Assembly (NCBI RefSeq): GCF_009914755.1
Contig: NC_060928.1
From: the human T2T-CHM13v2.0 reference genome, Homo sapiens
DNA length: 64,000 bases
Reading direction: 5' to 3' (one strand)
The position numbers were made by a program, and so were the translations under genes. The first letter of the stretch is position 1. Each line of letters starts with the position of its first letter. The notes beneath the pieces are model-generated. The model searched no databases, was not told where the DNA came from, and worked only from the letters and a program-made list of their open reading frames with translations. Shown here one piece after another: positions 38,711 to 52,829 of the stretch.

Positions 38711-39824
38711 ACTCTGGCATTTGTTGAGCCAGCTGCTCACCAGGTGTCTGTCACCGACTCTCAGCCTGATGCATCCACAAGTCACACCTGCCTCCGTGGG
38801 CAATTGTGTCTCTCATTTGGCCCATGAATTCGTTCTGCTGCTCTGAAGGAGGAGGAAAATACTGAAAACTTCATGCTCTGGATTTCATTCCTGAACTGAC
38901 TTCCTTGCCTTATGCTTTTAGGTAAAGGCCTAATTGATTGCCTAATTTTTCAACTGAGAATAGTAATATGTAGCCATTTCCCCATCACCGACATGTAAAA
39001 TTTCAGTAAATAACAATCAAGAGAAACAGAACAGAAATACTAACTAGCTGTTTCGTATGTTAACTTACAAGGGACATAATGCCCACACCCACAGAAAACA
39101 GAAAACAACTAACAAGCCAGCTCCAGCCCAGGGTCAAACTTTCCACGTTCATGGTATAACCAACAGCTTGCAGGATCCAGATGCCTGTGGAGCCAGGAGG
39201 ACCATGGTGTGTTCATGTCAGAAGAGCATGTCACGCTAGGTTTGGTATGGCACCTGGCATCCCAATGACATTGAATAATCATTTTATTAATAGCAATGAC
39301 TACTAAATATCTTAATTAATATTATGAAAAGGGTACATATAATTGCCCCAGGCCACAAGAGAGAGGAATCTCAAAGGACTTAGGATGATCTAAATACTGC
39401 AAATTCCTGTGATTCCAGGTCACAGTGCAGAGTTTCAGGGGATGGCAGAATCTCACTGAGGAACTGGCTAACCTGGTTTGATTGGTGACTTGATAACCAC
39501 CTATGCTGACTGCTTGAACTACATGCCAGATATTTGCTTGATACATGTCAACCAATGAGACTCATCAGAAGGACTGAAATTTCTTCCAGAAATAACTGCA
39601 AAATGTATCAAAGGCAAAGACCTCTGTATTTTGACAAATCAATTGATGTCAACTTCCATTCGTTGAGTGTTTCCATTTGCAGAGCTCTATAATAGGCACT
39701 AGAAAACATCGAAGAAATAAAGGATACCTTATCTTACTATTTAAATTGCTAGAATAGAATAAATAAAAAACAAGAATAAACAATTAACCGGTAAAAACAA
39801 CCATCATAACCAGATAATAGTTTT

Positions 39825-40075
39825 AGTACACTGGAAACAGTAGAAAGAACACTGGATTCGGAGAAAGAAAATTCGTGTTTAATTTTTAGCTATGCCTTTC
39901 ACTAGCTGTATGAGTCTGGGCAAGCTGATTAGGCTGTCTGAACCTTTGTTTCCTCATCTGTAAGATAGACATGATAACATCTACATTGAAGGGCTGTTGA
40001 GAGGTGCAGATACAAAGGATATGTAGAAGTTCATAGCAGAATTCCTGGGATAGTAAACTCCTCAGTAAATGAGTT
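39825..40075 (+). mobile_element. MIR
   Basis: CTGGGCAAG...GTTTCCTCATCTGTAAGATAG core. Confidence 0.65.
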
Positions 40076-42808
40076 AATCCCAGAATCTTAAAATCTTGGC
40101 AATTCTAACAGCAATCTCGTATAAGTATGAAGAATGCTGACCTAATCAAAGAGAAATGTATGGAAAATGTAGATTTTAGAGGAGGTGAACAAGCAATTGA
40201 GTTATGGAGAATGTCAAGAGCAAAGGCACAGAGTCAAGAATATGCAGGTCTAATGCAGGCAGTGGGAGGCAGATTTCACTGGAATGGAAGGGTCCTGAAG
40301 GGGAACAGCAAAGAATGGCTGCGAATGAAAGTTAGAAATCTCAGATATCAGTAGGCTGAAGTGTTTACACTTGAAACACAAAGCAAGAGAGAGCTGAAGA
40401 TGATTCCTATGGATGAAATTAAATGGTATACATAAAAATACTTTAAACTGTGGACCATTTTGTCACCATATTATATAAGAGAGCATAGACTGGGCTCTTA
40501 GTGGGGGCAAAGAGAAAACCAGGGCGGACACATACAATGTGAGTCTGGGCGAAGGGGAGGGAGGGCAAGGAGATTAACTCAAGAGGCAGAAGACTTAATG
40601 ACAGATCTTGTATGAACTGGAAAGATTTTTCCAGATTTGCAAAGCATACCGGCCTTTAAATATCAAAGTCATTTGGCTATGTATCCTAAACTTTATTTCT
40701 CTAGTTGCTGTGCCCCTTTAAATGCACCCAGACTTTTGATAAACACCATGCAGAGTGTGATACCAAAAAGCAAATTAACCAGCAGCTGCTGAATGCAGTG
40801 ATTTGATCAGCCTTCGTTCATCCAAGCAGCACAAATCTATGCCAAGGAAATATTTGCCAGGTCCTGTTTTGATCGCTCACAGAGCTCTCTCCTTTGCCAA
40901 GTAAGCATGCTCTTAAATATTCCCAGCATTATTTAGATTTTAAAACATTTCCATGCCACCAGGCAGAAAATGTCCAGCGATTTCTTTATGGAGCTTTAAA
41001 ACCTGAAAGAAAAATAAATCACACATACTGCCACACATGCACATAAATATACACACACACACACACATACACACATACATACACAAACCCAGATGGGCTG
41101 GTCTCTCCCTTGTGAAAATGAGAAAGCTTATCAGCATTCTTTTTTTTGAACGGCACCTAAAATTTCAGTGCCTTATAATCCAGTATTCATCAAGTTCATG
41201 TTATCTAAATATTGAACTATGGAACCCAGCGTTTTCTGCCCATCATGAGACCTGATAATATAGGGCACGGGAGGGGGAATATACCCATCCATTCCAGAGA
41301 TATTTATCAAGAAGAAGGAAAAGTTAATCCTATGACAAAATAGGGATTGGTCCTAAGTGTCGTGTTTCTCTGCTGTAAAGTGAATGACATAGTCTTGAAA
41401 ATGTAGCAATGTAGCAACCAGAAATATCCCTCTGGTCCTAGAGGTGGTGGGACACAATCGATTTTTTTCCTCCCACATTACCCTTTTCCAACTCAAATTG
41501 CCAAAAACAAAATATGCCCCTGTCCCAGAGAATTTCACTGGAAAAGTACATCCACTAGTGGACCAGGCTGCAACACAATCTCATAAGTGGATGGGCACCA
41601 CAGGTAATATATACCAATTTCTTCACAGGACTCTATATTCCGAAGATGCTAAACACCAATTAAATAATTTTAAAATATATTTTAAAATAAATGTCACTTT
41701 AATGGAGATAAAGTATAAATAAAGTATAAATATAAATAAAGACATGACATTTAAGTTAAAAAAAAAAAAAGAAACCTTTAGGGTTACTGCACGTCAGTGG
41801 ATGTAAAAACCTAACTCTAAGGGTTTGCAAAAGGAATCGGAAGTAAGGACATCTTTCTTAGATCACACAGCAATTAGACAAGAAGTAGTCATCCTCTTTG
41901 GGTCATATGGGAAGTTACATGAGACGTACTAGATTCCCTTGGGCTAAGCCAAAGTGGAGGAATATGGCAGACACCTAAATGACTTAGTTTCCATATGGAA
42001 TTTTCCTCAATTTGATGGATGTTTTGATTAAACATAGGATAGTTCCTTAGTCTCTATGTGATTCTAGTACTCAAGACAATTGTGATGCCTTTGTGACTAA
42101 AACTCTTCAGAGTAGATCCGTTAGGTGTATCTTTCATAAAACCTTTGCTTATTTATTCTAACAGTGTTCATCCAAATGTATTCAATAATTTTGTAGATGA
42201 CATTAATATCAGCTACTGTATTCTGAAGTCAACTCAAAGGGCAATCAATACTACAACTGTTATTACAGTGCTTTTTTGTAATACCTATTACAATGGTTAT
42301 AGCCTTATAGTATCTCCAGCTCCGTAGTTAGATGCATAGTTAAATCTCTATGTACAAATGTAAAGGGAAAGGCTAAACTTTGAAATAGACGTCTCAGGTC
42401 TTAACAAGGAGACTGAGGAAGAAAAACAACTATAAATTCATCCTCCCACACATATAGGAAGTAGAGCCTAGGGCTTTGTTATTTTACTCCTTGGCTTCCA
42501 GGCATCTTCCCAGTAGGGATTTCCTCCTTTTACAAATTTCTTAGGCCAAAATGTGAAGAAGAAAGTTTTAGATATTTAAAGTTAATTTTCTTTTTTATCT
42601 TGCCAGCTATCTCTGGTCAGGGAAATGTAAATTCACAGTGTCCTTGAAGAAATACAAACTTTGAAAATTTATTTAAATTGAGGATTCTCATTTGTCTTGC
42701 ATCCAATGACATTTCCTACAGAAAAGTGAAAGGGGACGTTACATCTCACAGAGGTACATGTTAACTTTTTCTGAGCTACTAGAATTTGCTTATGTAGGAG
42801 TTCAGTAG

Positions 42809-43130
<322 letters not shown>

Positions 43131-43399
43131 TAGCATGTCTTTTAACTAGGAGGGCCCTGCCAACCATTTCTGAGCTTATAGGAATGGGCCTTCACCCAGA
43201 GCTGCCCTTTTTCATTTAATCCCTTTGGAGGAAAAAAAAAAAGAATCAATATTGAAGCATGGGTATCTTTGCATATGTTTAAAAATATTCATGGCTGGAG
43301 GCAAATGAAAATGAAGGGACAGGAAGAAAACTTATCTTTCTCGTTTTCCAAGAATGCATGCTATAGAATTCTTGTGTCCATGATGAATCCATTGCTCAT

Positions 43400-44580
43400 T
43401 CTCCTTTGCAGGCTCCTCCTCGCCTCCCTGAACCTCTAAAATTTTGCAAATACAGCAGGGCTGGATACTCTTTCATCTCTTCTCCTTCCTGGTTAAGCTC
43501 ATCAAGACTCCTGTCCTAAACACATCTTTATGATAACAATTTCTAAATTTAGTTTACATCCTAGTTTACATCATCCCTCACTCCCAACTGTCCAACTAAC
43601 ATCTTCACCTGGATATCTAACTGGCATTTCAACTTAACACTATCAAAATAGAATATTTGATTTTCCCATTCAAACTTGGTCTTTCCTTATCTCAGTAAAT
43701 CATATCCATTCTTCTATTATTTCAGCCAAAAATATTGGAATTATCTTGACTTATTTCTCTCTTACACTACATCCAATGCATCAACAAACCCTGCCGGCTG
43801 CATTCAAAATACATGCAGAATAACCTCACGATCTCCACTACCCTGGTCTGAGCCCAGTAGCATCTCAGACTGGAAATAGCTTCTATGACGACACCTTTAA
43901 CTAGTCTCTTTCCTTCTGCCTTTGCCCACTTGACTATCAAGTCTGCATACAACAACCAGAGTAATGTCATTAAAACTCACTCAGAGAAAAAACCTGAAGG
44001 CCTTATACTCCTTGGCAAGGCTCTATTATACATTACTCATTACCTCTCTTTCTCTGTTACCTTTCTGACTTCATATTTGACCACTGTTCATTTTTGCATC
44101 CTTGACACCTGGATGACAGCCTGCTGCATAGTAGGTGCTCATAAATATTAGTAAGATGAATGAATGCATCACCCAAGTTAGAAAATGATACAGTCAGTAC
44201 ATAAGATCTGTTCCTGCACCGTATTTATTTATTTTTCAAGAACCCACTGTTCTCATTTGCATTTTGCCTTCAGGAAATAATTGTTATTCTTATTATTTTT
44301 AGCATTTTTCTCACATGTTCCACATTTTGATCTTCCCATGTGATTCTAAGCAGTTTAGGTTGGTGATTAACAACACACTTTCTAGAGAGATGGTGTCTCT
44401 GAATTCATGTCAGGCTACTTTGTTTACTGTGTGATCTTGAACAAATTACTTTACCTCTCTGTGCTTCAGTGTCTTCATTTGAAAAAGGGAATAATGTAGG
44501 TACGCCATAGGATTAAATGAATTTATATACATAAAGCACTCAGAACAGTCCTTGGCACATAGTAGGAGATAAATAGATGA
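43400..44580. mobile_element. L2 fragment (to about 44170) followed by MIR
   Basis: L2 RT-like remnants (CTGGATATCTAACTGGCATTTCAACTTAAC) ending TAGGTGCTCATAAATATT...GAATGAATG; MIR core at 44420-44570. Confidence 0.6.
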
Positions 44581-45789
44581 TGGATGCTATCTTTTTATTA
44601 AAAGTGTACTTGTTGATGATGATGCTATACGCCAAAGGAATAAAGTATAATAAAATAAATCACCAAATAAAGGAAGGAAAGGAGGGCTGAAGGAAGGAAG
44701 GAAACAAAAAAGTGAAGAGGGAAGGAGAATGAGAAAGAGGGTGGAAAGGGGAAAAATATTGATTTAAATAATTAATGCTATTGTGACCATCATATAAGAG
44801 TAGACCCATCTACCTTAGATACTGAGAGATCAAGCTCAATTATATTTAGCATAGTCTACCTATTAATTTTACCTGATGTTTTAAGGTAATGCAGTTATTT
44901 TAGCCTGATAATGTGAAAGGACAGTGGTAACATAAATAACATTACTCAATGCCACAAAAATTTCAAGAAGCTCAATCCTTAATTAGAATTTTCAAAATCA
45001 AATCAACTGATTTTCAACACCTCTGGAATTGTGTTCTTGAGATTTTTTGTTTGCTTTGTTTCTGTTTTCTAATAGGCTACTAGGAGAAGAAGAGTAAACC
45101 AAAGAAATAATTAAGCATTTTTGCTCTGTATTTCTGGTTTCTCATTGATTTCTCAACATTTGTCCACACATAGACATGTTGAAGTCTGTTTTCTCTCCAT
45201 CTCTACATAATATTTCTCAAATAGTAAAATGTATAACTGTTTTTAAGCCCATTTGCCCGAAAAAATTCTATATCCTATACAGAAAAATACTAAATAATTT
45301 TTTGACATTATATTATTATTGTGATATTTAAGCAAAGTGATCTTCCACCAAATCACTAATGTATTTGTATTTTAATTATGCCAATAACTTTACCAAAATA
45401 ATTTACAAATAATATTTTCTTAAAATTATCATAACTCAGTGACAAGTTGCATCCTGCATGGTCTTAGTGTGCCACAGGCCTAATCTCTCATTGTGTATAA
45501 GCCAGTTTGCCCCATGTAGAGACTACAGTATATGGTCTCTATTTTTAATTTTTTTAAAGTCAAATACTCATTTTTGCCTTATTTGCATAGTTTTCGGCTC
45601 TTACATTTATTATTTGTAAACAATACATTTACATTTAATATTGTAAAATAATTTACAATATTTACAATAATTTTACTAAAATATTTATAAGATCTATAAA
45701 TGCAGGCTTAACCTCCTGAATGGGAGAGAAAGGGAACATACAACAGTAGTGAGAAAAAAAGAATCAGGGATTAATAAATTTCACTTTTC

Positions 45790-46115
45790 ACGGATGCTGA
45801 GGAGGTGGGGAGATAGCCAGAGATTGGCTGAAGGATACAAAATTATAGTTAGATAGGAGAAATAAAGTTCTAATGTTCTCTAACACTGTAGGGTAACTAT
45901 AATTAACAATAATTTACTGCATGTTTTGAAATAACTAAAAGAGAAGATTTTGAATATTTTCAACACATAAAAATGATAAATGTTTGAGGTGATAGATACA
46001 TGCTAATTACCCTGATTTAGTCACTGCACATTGTATACATGTGTCAAAACAGCCCACTGTATCCTGTAAATATGTATAATTATTGTGTTAATTAAAAATA
46101 ATAATAATAAATTTT
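45790..46115 (+). mobile_element. L1MA 3' end
   Basis: GGATACAAAATTATAGTTAGATAGGAG...GATAAATGTTTGAGGTGAT...TACCCTGATTT. Confidence 0.8.
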
Positions 46116-46679
46116 AAAGAAAGCAGAAAATACACCAAAAAATAATTATCTGGGAATGTCCCCAGACCAAGTCTCAGAAAAGAAATTACAACTAATTCAG
46201 AGAAAATTATGGATTTGAGTGGGTGAACAAAAATAACTACTTCCTCAGTGATCCTCCAGAGGAAAAATTAGAGATAAATGTAAAAGCTAAAAATTATGCA
46301 AATAATGCAAAAATGAGTATTTGAATTTAAAAAAATTAAAAATAAAGACCATATACTGTAGCCTCTACACTGTGGGAAACTGGCTTTTACACAATGAGTG
46401 ATTAGACCTGTGGCACGCTAAGACCAGGCAGGCTGCAACTTGTCACTGAGTTACTATGGAAGACGTGTGATGGGAAGGTCTGCATTGATGGGCATAGACC
46501 AAAATGAAAATTTTGGTGCTGGAAGCAGAAAACTGCCTAAGACAACAAAATGGCTTAGAATGAGAGACTGGGGATTATTCTGTTCAAGGATTTCCTTAGA
46601 CCCCTCTTTTTGTCAAAGGGTGTTAGAGAGACATAAAAAACCACATCTATTTGTAGTACATAAAAAATTAGAAAACAGA

Positions 46680-46883
46680 GCCCATCAACCAATGAATGCA
46701 TAAAGAAAATGTGGTTTATATACACCATGAAATACTACTTGGCCATAAAAAGGAACAAAATAATGTCTTTTGTAGCAACTGTGATGGAGATAGAGGCCAT
46801 TATTTTAAGAGAAGTAATGCAGGAATGGGAAACCAAATAGTGTATGTTCTCACTTATAAGTGGGAGATAAGCTATGAAGATGC
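46680..46883 (+). mobile_element. L1PB-like ORF2-end/3'UTR fragment
   Basis: CCCATCAACCAATGAATGCATAAAGAAAATGTGG...TTCTCACTTATAAGTGGGAG. Confidence 0.75.
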
Positions 46884-47172
46884 TGTATTAGTCTGTTCTC
46901 ATGCTGCTAATAAATATATACCCAGCACTGGATAACTTATAAAGGAAAGAAGTTTAATTGACTTGCAGTTCCACATGGCTGGGGAGGCCTCACAATCATG
47001 GCAGACAGTGATTGAGGAGCAAAGTCATGTCTTACATGGCAGCAGGCAAGAGAGCTTGTGCAGGGGAACTCCCATTTATAAAATCATCAGGACTCGTGAG
47101 ACTTATTCACTACTATGAGAACAGTATGGGGGAAATTGCCACTATGAATCAATTATTTCTACCTGTCCCTGC
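46884..47172 (-). mobile_element. THE1 (THE1D-like) LTR, truncated
   Basis: Starts TGTATTAGTCTGTTCTCATGCTGCTAATAAA; the terminal ...CCATATCA is absent. Confidence 0.85.
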
Positions 47173-47924
47173 TGTTTTCTCTAATGCACAGACACCAACA
47201 CAGCAAGTTAAGAAAAATGAAGGAACAGGTAAATATATCCTAAAGAAAGAAAAAAAAAAACACTAATGAAATGAAGATGTATAATTTATTTGACAGAGAA
47301 TTTAAAATTATCATAAAGATGCTCAATGAAGACAGGAGAACAATACATGAACAAATTGAAATTTTCAACAAAGAGATAGAAAATATTTTTTTAAATCAAA
47401 TATAAATTTTCAAGCTGGATAATTCAGTAACTAAGCTGGAAAATTCAACAGATGGCTTCAACAGCAGACTATGTCAAGCGAAAGACAGAATCAGCAAACT
47501 TAAAGACAGATAATTGGAAATTATACAATCATAGGAGCAAAAAGAATAAAAAGAATTTTAGCAAGTGAAAAAGCTTAAAGGACTTATGAAACACCATAAC
47601 ACAGGCAGACCAATATACATCTGATAGTAGTCCAAGAGGGAAAATAGAAAGGGGCAGAAAGATTATTCAAAGAAATAATGCCCCAAACTTACCAAATCTA
47701 AGGAAAGAAATGTACATACATATTCAGAAAACCAACAAATTTCAAAAACATAAACCCAAAGAAATCTACACCAAGACACCTTACAATCAAATTGTCAAAA
47801 GTTCAAGATAAACAGACAATTTTGAAAGGAGCAAGATGAAAATTACTTTTCACGCACAAAGAAACCTCCATCACACTCAGTGGATTTCTCAGCAGAAACC
47901 TTGTAGGCCAGAAAGGATGATATA

Positions 47925-48555
47925 TAGTCAACCATCACTTAATGACAGGGATATGTTTGGAGAAATGCATTATTAGGCAGTTTTTTCATTGAGCAAACAT
48001 CATAGAGTGTACTTACACAAATTTAGACGGTGTAGCCTATACACACCTTAGTTATATGGTATAGCTTATTGCTCTGAGGCTACAAACCTATACAGCATGT
48101 TACTGTACTGAATACTGTAAGCAATCATAACATAATAGTATTTTTATATCTAAACATAGAAAAAGTACAGTAAAAATATGATATAAAAGTTTGCAAATAG
48201 TATATCTGTATAAGGCACTTACTATGAAAGGAACTTGCAAGACTAGAAGCTGCTCTAGGTAAGTCAGTGAATGAGTGGTGAGTGAACATGATGGCCTAGG
48301 ACGTTATCATAAACCACCGCAGACTTTATAAATGTTGTACTCTTAGGCTACAATACATTTGTATTATAAAAAAATTCTTTCTTCAATAATTAACTTTAAC
48401 TTACTGTAACTTTTTTATTGTATAAACTTTTAAATTAATTTTTCCTTTGACTGTTGTAATAGCAGCTGAAAACACAAACACACTGTACAGCTCTACAAAA
48501 ATATTTTCTTTGTATCTTATTCTATAAGCTTTTTCTATTTTTTGTACTTTTAAAA
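47925..48555 (+). mobile_element. Tigger3b-like DNA transposon (partial) nested in L1M
   Basis: CTTAATGACAGGGATATGTTTGGAGAAATGC...CATAGAGTGTACTTACACAA...GTCAGTGAATGAGTGGTGAGTGAA. Confidence 0.8.
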
Positions 48556-50207
48556 CTGATGTCACAGAAATAAAAAGGATTATATTAGACTACCATGAAA
48601 ATTGAATAACGAAGAAGTAACAGATAAATTCCTAGAAACAACCAATCATGATTGAATCATAAAGAAACAGAAAATATGAACAGATCTATGACTAATAAGG
48701 AAATTGGTCATAATCTAAAACCTCCACAAATAAAGGCCAGGGCCCAGATGCCTCCACTAGTGAATTCTATCAAACATTTAAATACATAATTCCAATCCTT
48801 CTTAAACTCTTTCAAAAAATTGAAGAGGAAGAAACACTTCCAAACTCATTTTACGAAGCCAGCATTGCCCTGATACCAAAGTTAAACAAAGACATTATAA
48901 GAAAAGAAAACTACAGGGCAATGTCCTTAATTAATATAGACTCATTCATAATTCATTTTGACAAAATTCAACACCTTTTCATAATAACTTTTAACAAACT
49001 AGTAATAGAAGGAAATTACCCCAAAATAATAGGCCTTATATGTAAAGCCCTTAACTAACATGGTACTTAATGGTAAAAAATTAGAAAGCTTTTCCTCCAA
49101 GATCAGGAGCAAGACAAGAATGCCCAGTCTAACCGCTTCTATGCAACATAGCGCAGGAAGTCCTAACCAGAGCAATTAGGAAAAAATAAAATAGAAGGAA
49201 TCTAAATTGCAAAAAAGAAATAATTTCATCTCTGTTTGAAGATGACATGATCCTATACATAAAAAATTCTAAAGACTACACACACACACACACACACACA
49301 CAAACTGTAAGAACTAATTCACAAATTCAGAAAAGTTGTAGGATACAAAATCAACATGAAAAACCAGTTGTATTTGTACACACTAATCACGAACTATTCA
49401 AAAAGCAAAGTAAAAAATAAGCTAATTTACGATAGCATCAAAAAGAATAAAACACGTAGGAATAAACTAAAGAAATGAAAGACTTGCACACTGAAAACTA
49501 TAAAATATTAATTAAAGAAATTAAGGAAGACAAAAATATATAAAAAGACATCCTGTTTTTCTGGACTAAAAGATTTAATATTGTTAAAATTTCCATACTA
49601 CCCAAAGTGATCTACAGACTGACTATCAAAATTCCAATGACTTTTTTTTTTACAGAAATGGAAAAACAAATTTAAAATTCAAAGGAAACTACAAAGGACC
49701 CTGGATAGCCAAAACAATCTTGAGCAAGAACAAAGTTGGAGGTATCGTTCTTCCTGGTTTTTAAATCATCTACAGCATGGTACTGGCATAAAGACCAATA
49801 GAACAGAATAGACAGTCGAGCAATAAACCCATGAATATATGAACAACTGATCTTCAGCAAAGGTACTAACAATACGCAATGAGGAAAGGGTAATCTCTTG
49901 AATAAATGATGTTTGAAAACTAGATATCCACATGCAAAAGAATGAAATTGGACCCGCTTGTTATACAAAAATCAACTCAAAATGGACTGAAGACTTATAT
50001 TTAAGACCCGAAACAGTAAAATTCCTGCAAGAAAACGTAAGATAACACTTCTTGACATTGGTTTTGGCAATGATTTCTTAGATGTGACACCAAAAGCACA
50101 GGTGACAAAAGCAAAATAAACAAGTGGGACTATGTCAAATGAAAAAGCTTCTTCACAGCAAAAGAAACAACAGAGTTTGGGCTGTGCAGAGATAGGGTTA
50201 GAAGTTA

Positions 50208-50299
50208 TAACAGTGAAGAGAAATGGAAACTCAAATCCATTTTGATGGGTAAATTAGTACTGCTTTTCCTGAAGACAATTTAGCACTATACAAAACATA
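50208..50299 (+). repeat. ~92-bp dispersed direct repeat of 53773-53865
   Basis: TAACAGTGAAGAGAAATGGAAACTCAAATCCA...AGCACTATACAAAACATA at both sites, about 90% identical by eye. Confidence 0.9.
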
Positions 50300-51365
50300 T
50301 TGATTACACATATCCAAAATACATAAAGAACTCTCACAATTCAATAACAAGGAAACAAATAACCTAATAAAAATCAAGATCTCAATTAGATACTTGTATG
50401 CCCATGTTTACTGTAGCATTATTTCATAAAAGTCAAAAGGTGGAAGCAACCCAAGGGTCTACTGACAGATTAATGGATAAAGAAAGTACGGTAGTACATC
50501 CATAGAATATTATTCAGCCTTACAAAAGAGAAAAATACTGCCATTGTGACAACATGGATGAACCTGAAAGCAATTTTGCTAAGTGAAATAAGACAGTCAC
50601 AGAAAGACAAATATAATATGAATGCCTCTACTTATATGAGGCATCTAAAATAGCCAAATTTATAGAAGCAGATAGTAGTATGGTGGTTCCTGGAGGCTTG
50701 GGGAGTTGCTATTCAATGTGTACAAAGTTTCAGTTAGTGCAACATTAATAAATTTGAAGAGATCTGCTAATCTATAGTTAACAATATTGTATTGTCCACT
50801 TTAAGATTTGTTAAAAGGGTAGATTTCATGTTAAATGTTCTTACTACAATAAAAATAAAATTAGAAAACACATTTAGGATGATGATGAGGAAGATTTTTG
50901 AACATTGTCTGTCATCAAATTATGGGATAATTTCCCAAGGGAAATGTGAAAAAATGCCATCATTGAAGACATTTGAAACCAGACTGAAGAAAAACACATG
51001 AACACATAAAGTTGGCCTTGTTCTTCTGCCTACATGGATGACAAGACCCAAACATGACCTAAGACACCATTAGATTTTACAGCCGATGAGCACCTTCTGA
51101 CCACCCACTACTGTGAGGGATGAAAGGGGAAAATTGGGCTGGAACTGATGACTCACATCAGGAAGACTTGCTCAGTGTGTTCCTGGCTCTGTTACAACTT
51201 CCCGAGGGTGCTAGGAAAGGAGCAGTTTGCACCAAGTCATCATACTCCCAGTTCATATAAGTTTCCAGGGAATACAGGAGGCTCTTCTCTACTGCACCCC
51301 ACTTTTTTAATTGGTCTGTGTTTTGTTTTCTTTTTTTTAAGTCAGAAATAACCCCTGTAGAAGAC

Positions 51366-51412
51366 CAGAACATACAATCTATACAGAACAAACAATCTAT
51401 ACAGAACAAACA
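51366..51412 (+). repeat. 18-bp tandem repeat (about 2.6 copies)
   Basis: CAGAACA(T/A)ACAATCTATA units. Confidence 0.85.
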
Positions 51413-51423
51413 TAACCTTAGAC

Positions 51424-51649
51424 CAGGGGTCAGCAAACTGTAGTCCAAGGATCAGATCTGGCCCACAGCCTGTTTCTCTAACTAAAGTTTTACTGAAACA
51501 GAGCCAAGCCTATTCATTTGCATAGTGTCTATGACTGCTTTCACAGTACAGTGGCAGTGTTGAGTAGTTGTGACAAAGACATCATGATCCACAAAGCCTA
51601 AAACTCTTACTAAGGCCTTCACTAAAACCTTTACTAAGGCCAAATACTG
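51424..51649 (+). mobile_element. MER58A (hAT-Charlie)
   Basis: Starts CAGGGGTCAGCAAACT; perfect 8-bp TSD CCTTAGAC. Confidence 0.85.
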
Positions 51650-51849
51650 CCTTAGACTGATAAGTTTGAGAACACTAATTCAAGCATCTCCAAGGTAAAA
51701 TATGTAAAATCCTTGCCTTCTTCCCTTCTTTTAACTATGAAATAGAAAAGAAAAAAAGAATTTAACTTTGGGTAGAATATGTCAGCTTTTCCTGAATCCA
51801 GTCCAAGACATCACATGCTAGAGTCTGGAGCATGCATCTGTGACCCAAA

Positions 51850-52105
51850 ATATAGTGGCTGACTGGAGGCTCTAGAATCAGAAAGACCTGCATTTGAATT
51901 CCAGATTTGCTGTTTTCCAGCTGTATGACCTTTGGCAAGTTACTTAATCTTTGTAGGTTTCTCCTTGAAATAAAATAAAAAATATTATCTAGCTCAGGGG
52001 GCTCTTGTGAGTAGTGATTAATTACTGTATATAAAGCACTTAGCACAGTGACTGGTACCTTAATATATGTTCAAATGTTTACCTAGTATTATGAGTACTA
52101 TTATT
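51850..52105 (+). mobile_element. MIR next to the exon 2 donor
   Basis: AGCTGTATGACCTTTGGCAAGTTACTTAATCT...AAAGCACTTAGCACAGTGACTGG. Confidence 0.7.
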
Positions 52106-52154
52106 ATCAGAAAATTAAAACTCAGATTTGAATATAAAACTTGTTAAACTTTAC

Positions 52155-52253
52155 CTGCACAGTTTTCCTCAGGGTCTCCACAGAGGAGGCCATTAGTTTC
52201 AGGACTTCTGGTGGAATTCCCATCTGCCACCACACAGTGAAGGATCACTAGAC
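52155..52253 (-). CDS. BTC: Betacellulin exon 2 (end of signal peptide, N-terminus of mature BTC)
   Basis: gttttgaatttgaag|GT CTA GTG...: (G)LVILHCVVADGNSTRSPETNGLLCGDPEENCA(A)|gtaaag; 99 nt; NST N-glycosylation sequon. Confidence 0.98.
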
Positions 52254-52829
52254 CTTCAAATTCAAAACAGAACCAAAATCAAACATGAAAATTTGCTTAT
52301 TGTGAAACAGTCTATCAAAGTCATCACCCATTTCACCCATTTATGAAAATAACAAGACTATGGTTTCCATTTCCAAGTCACTCACTCCCAGGAAGGGATA
52401 CAGAGGCCAGCATGCTGCACATTTTCAGCTCATTGCTAAAGAATGAATTTTCAAGCCACCATCACTTATATCTAACTATGGATCTTAAGGAGGAAACTTG
52501 GTCATAGCTTGTGAAAGAGCCTTATAACAAAAGCAGAAGTAAGAGCAGCTGAATTCCCAGTCCCTGAGTGAAACTACTGATGAATTTCCAGGGAGAGTGA
52601 ATGGTGAACCTGCACGGCAAGCAAAGTGCCTTCTCCATTCCACAAAGAGCCAGCGTTCTCAGGTGTTAACAACTGAATGTGCTTCTTTCTGGGGAGATAT
52701 TTGATCCATGAGAATTCTTTAAAAATTTTAGGCTCCTCTAGCTAAGAATCTCTGTTTCTGAGAAGGACGGGCCACATGTTTTACGAGGGAGAGAAGAATG
52801 CCATGCTGTGGTTAGAATGGTTCAGAATA

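Larger units (their letters stand above)
47175..50862 (+). mobile_element. Fragmented L1M (L1MA9/L1MB-like): ORF1, ORF2 pieces and 3'UTR
   Basis: ORF1-like sequence at 47200-47920 (CCAAGACACCTTACAATCAAATTGTC); ORF2-like at 48556-50170 (GAAGATGACATGATC = degenerate RT FADD region); 3' end GGGTAGATTTCATGTTAAATGTTCTTAC. Confidence 0.8.
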
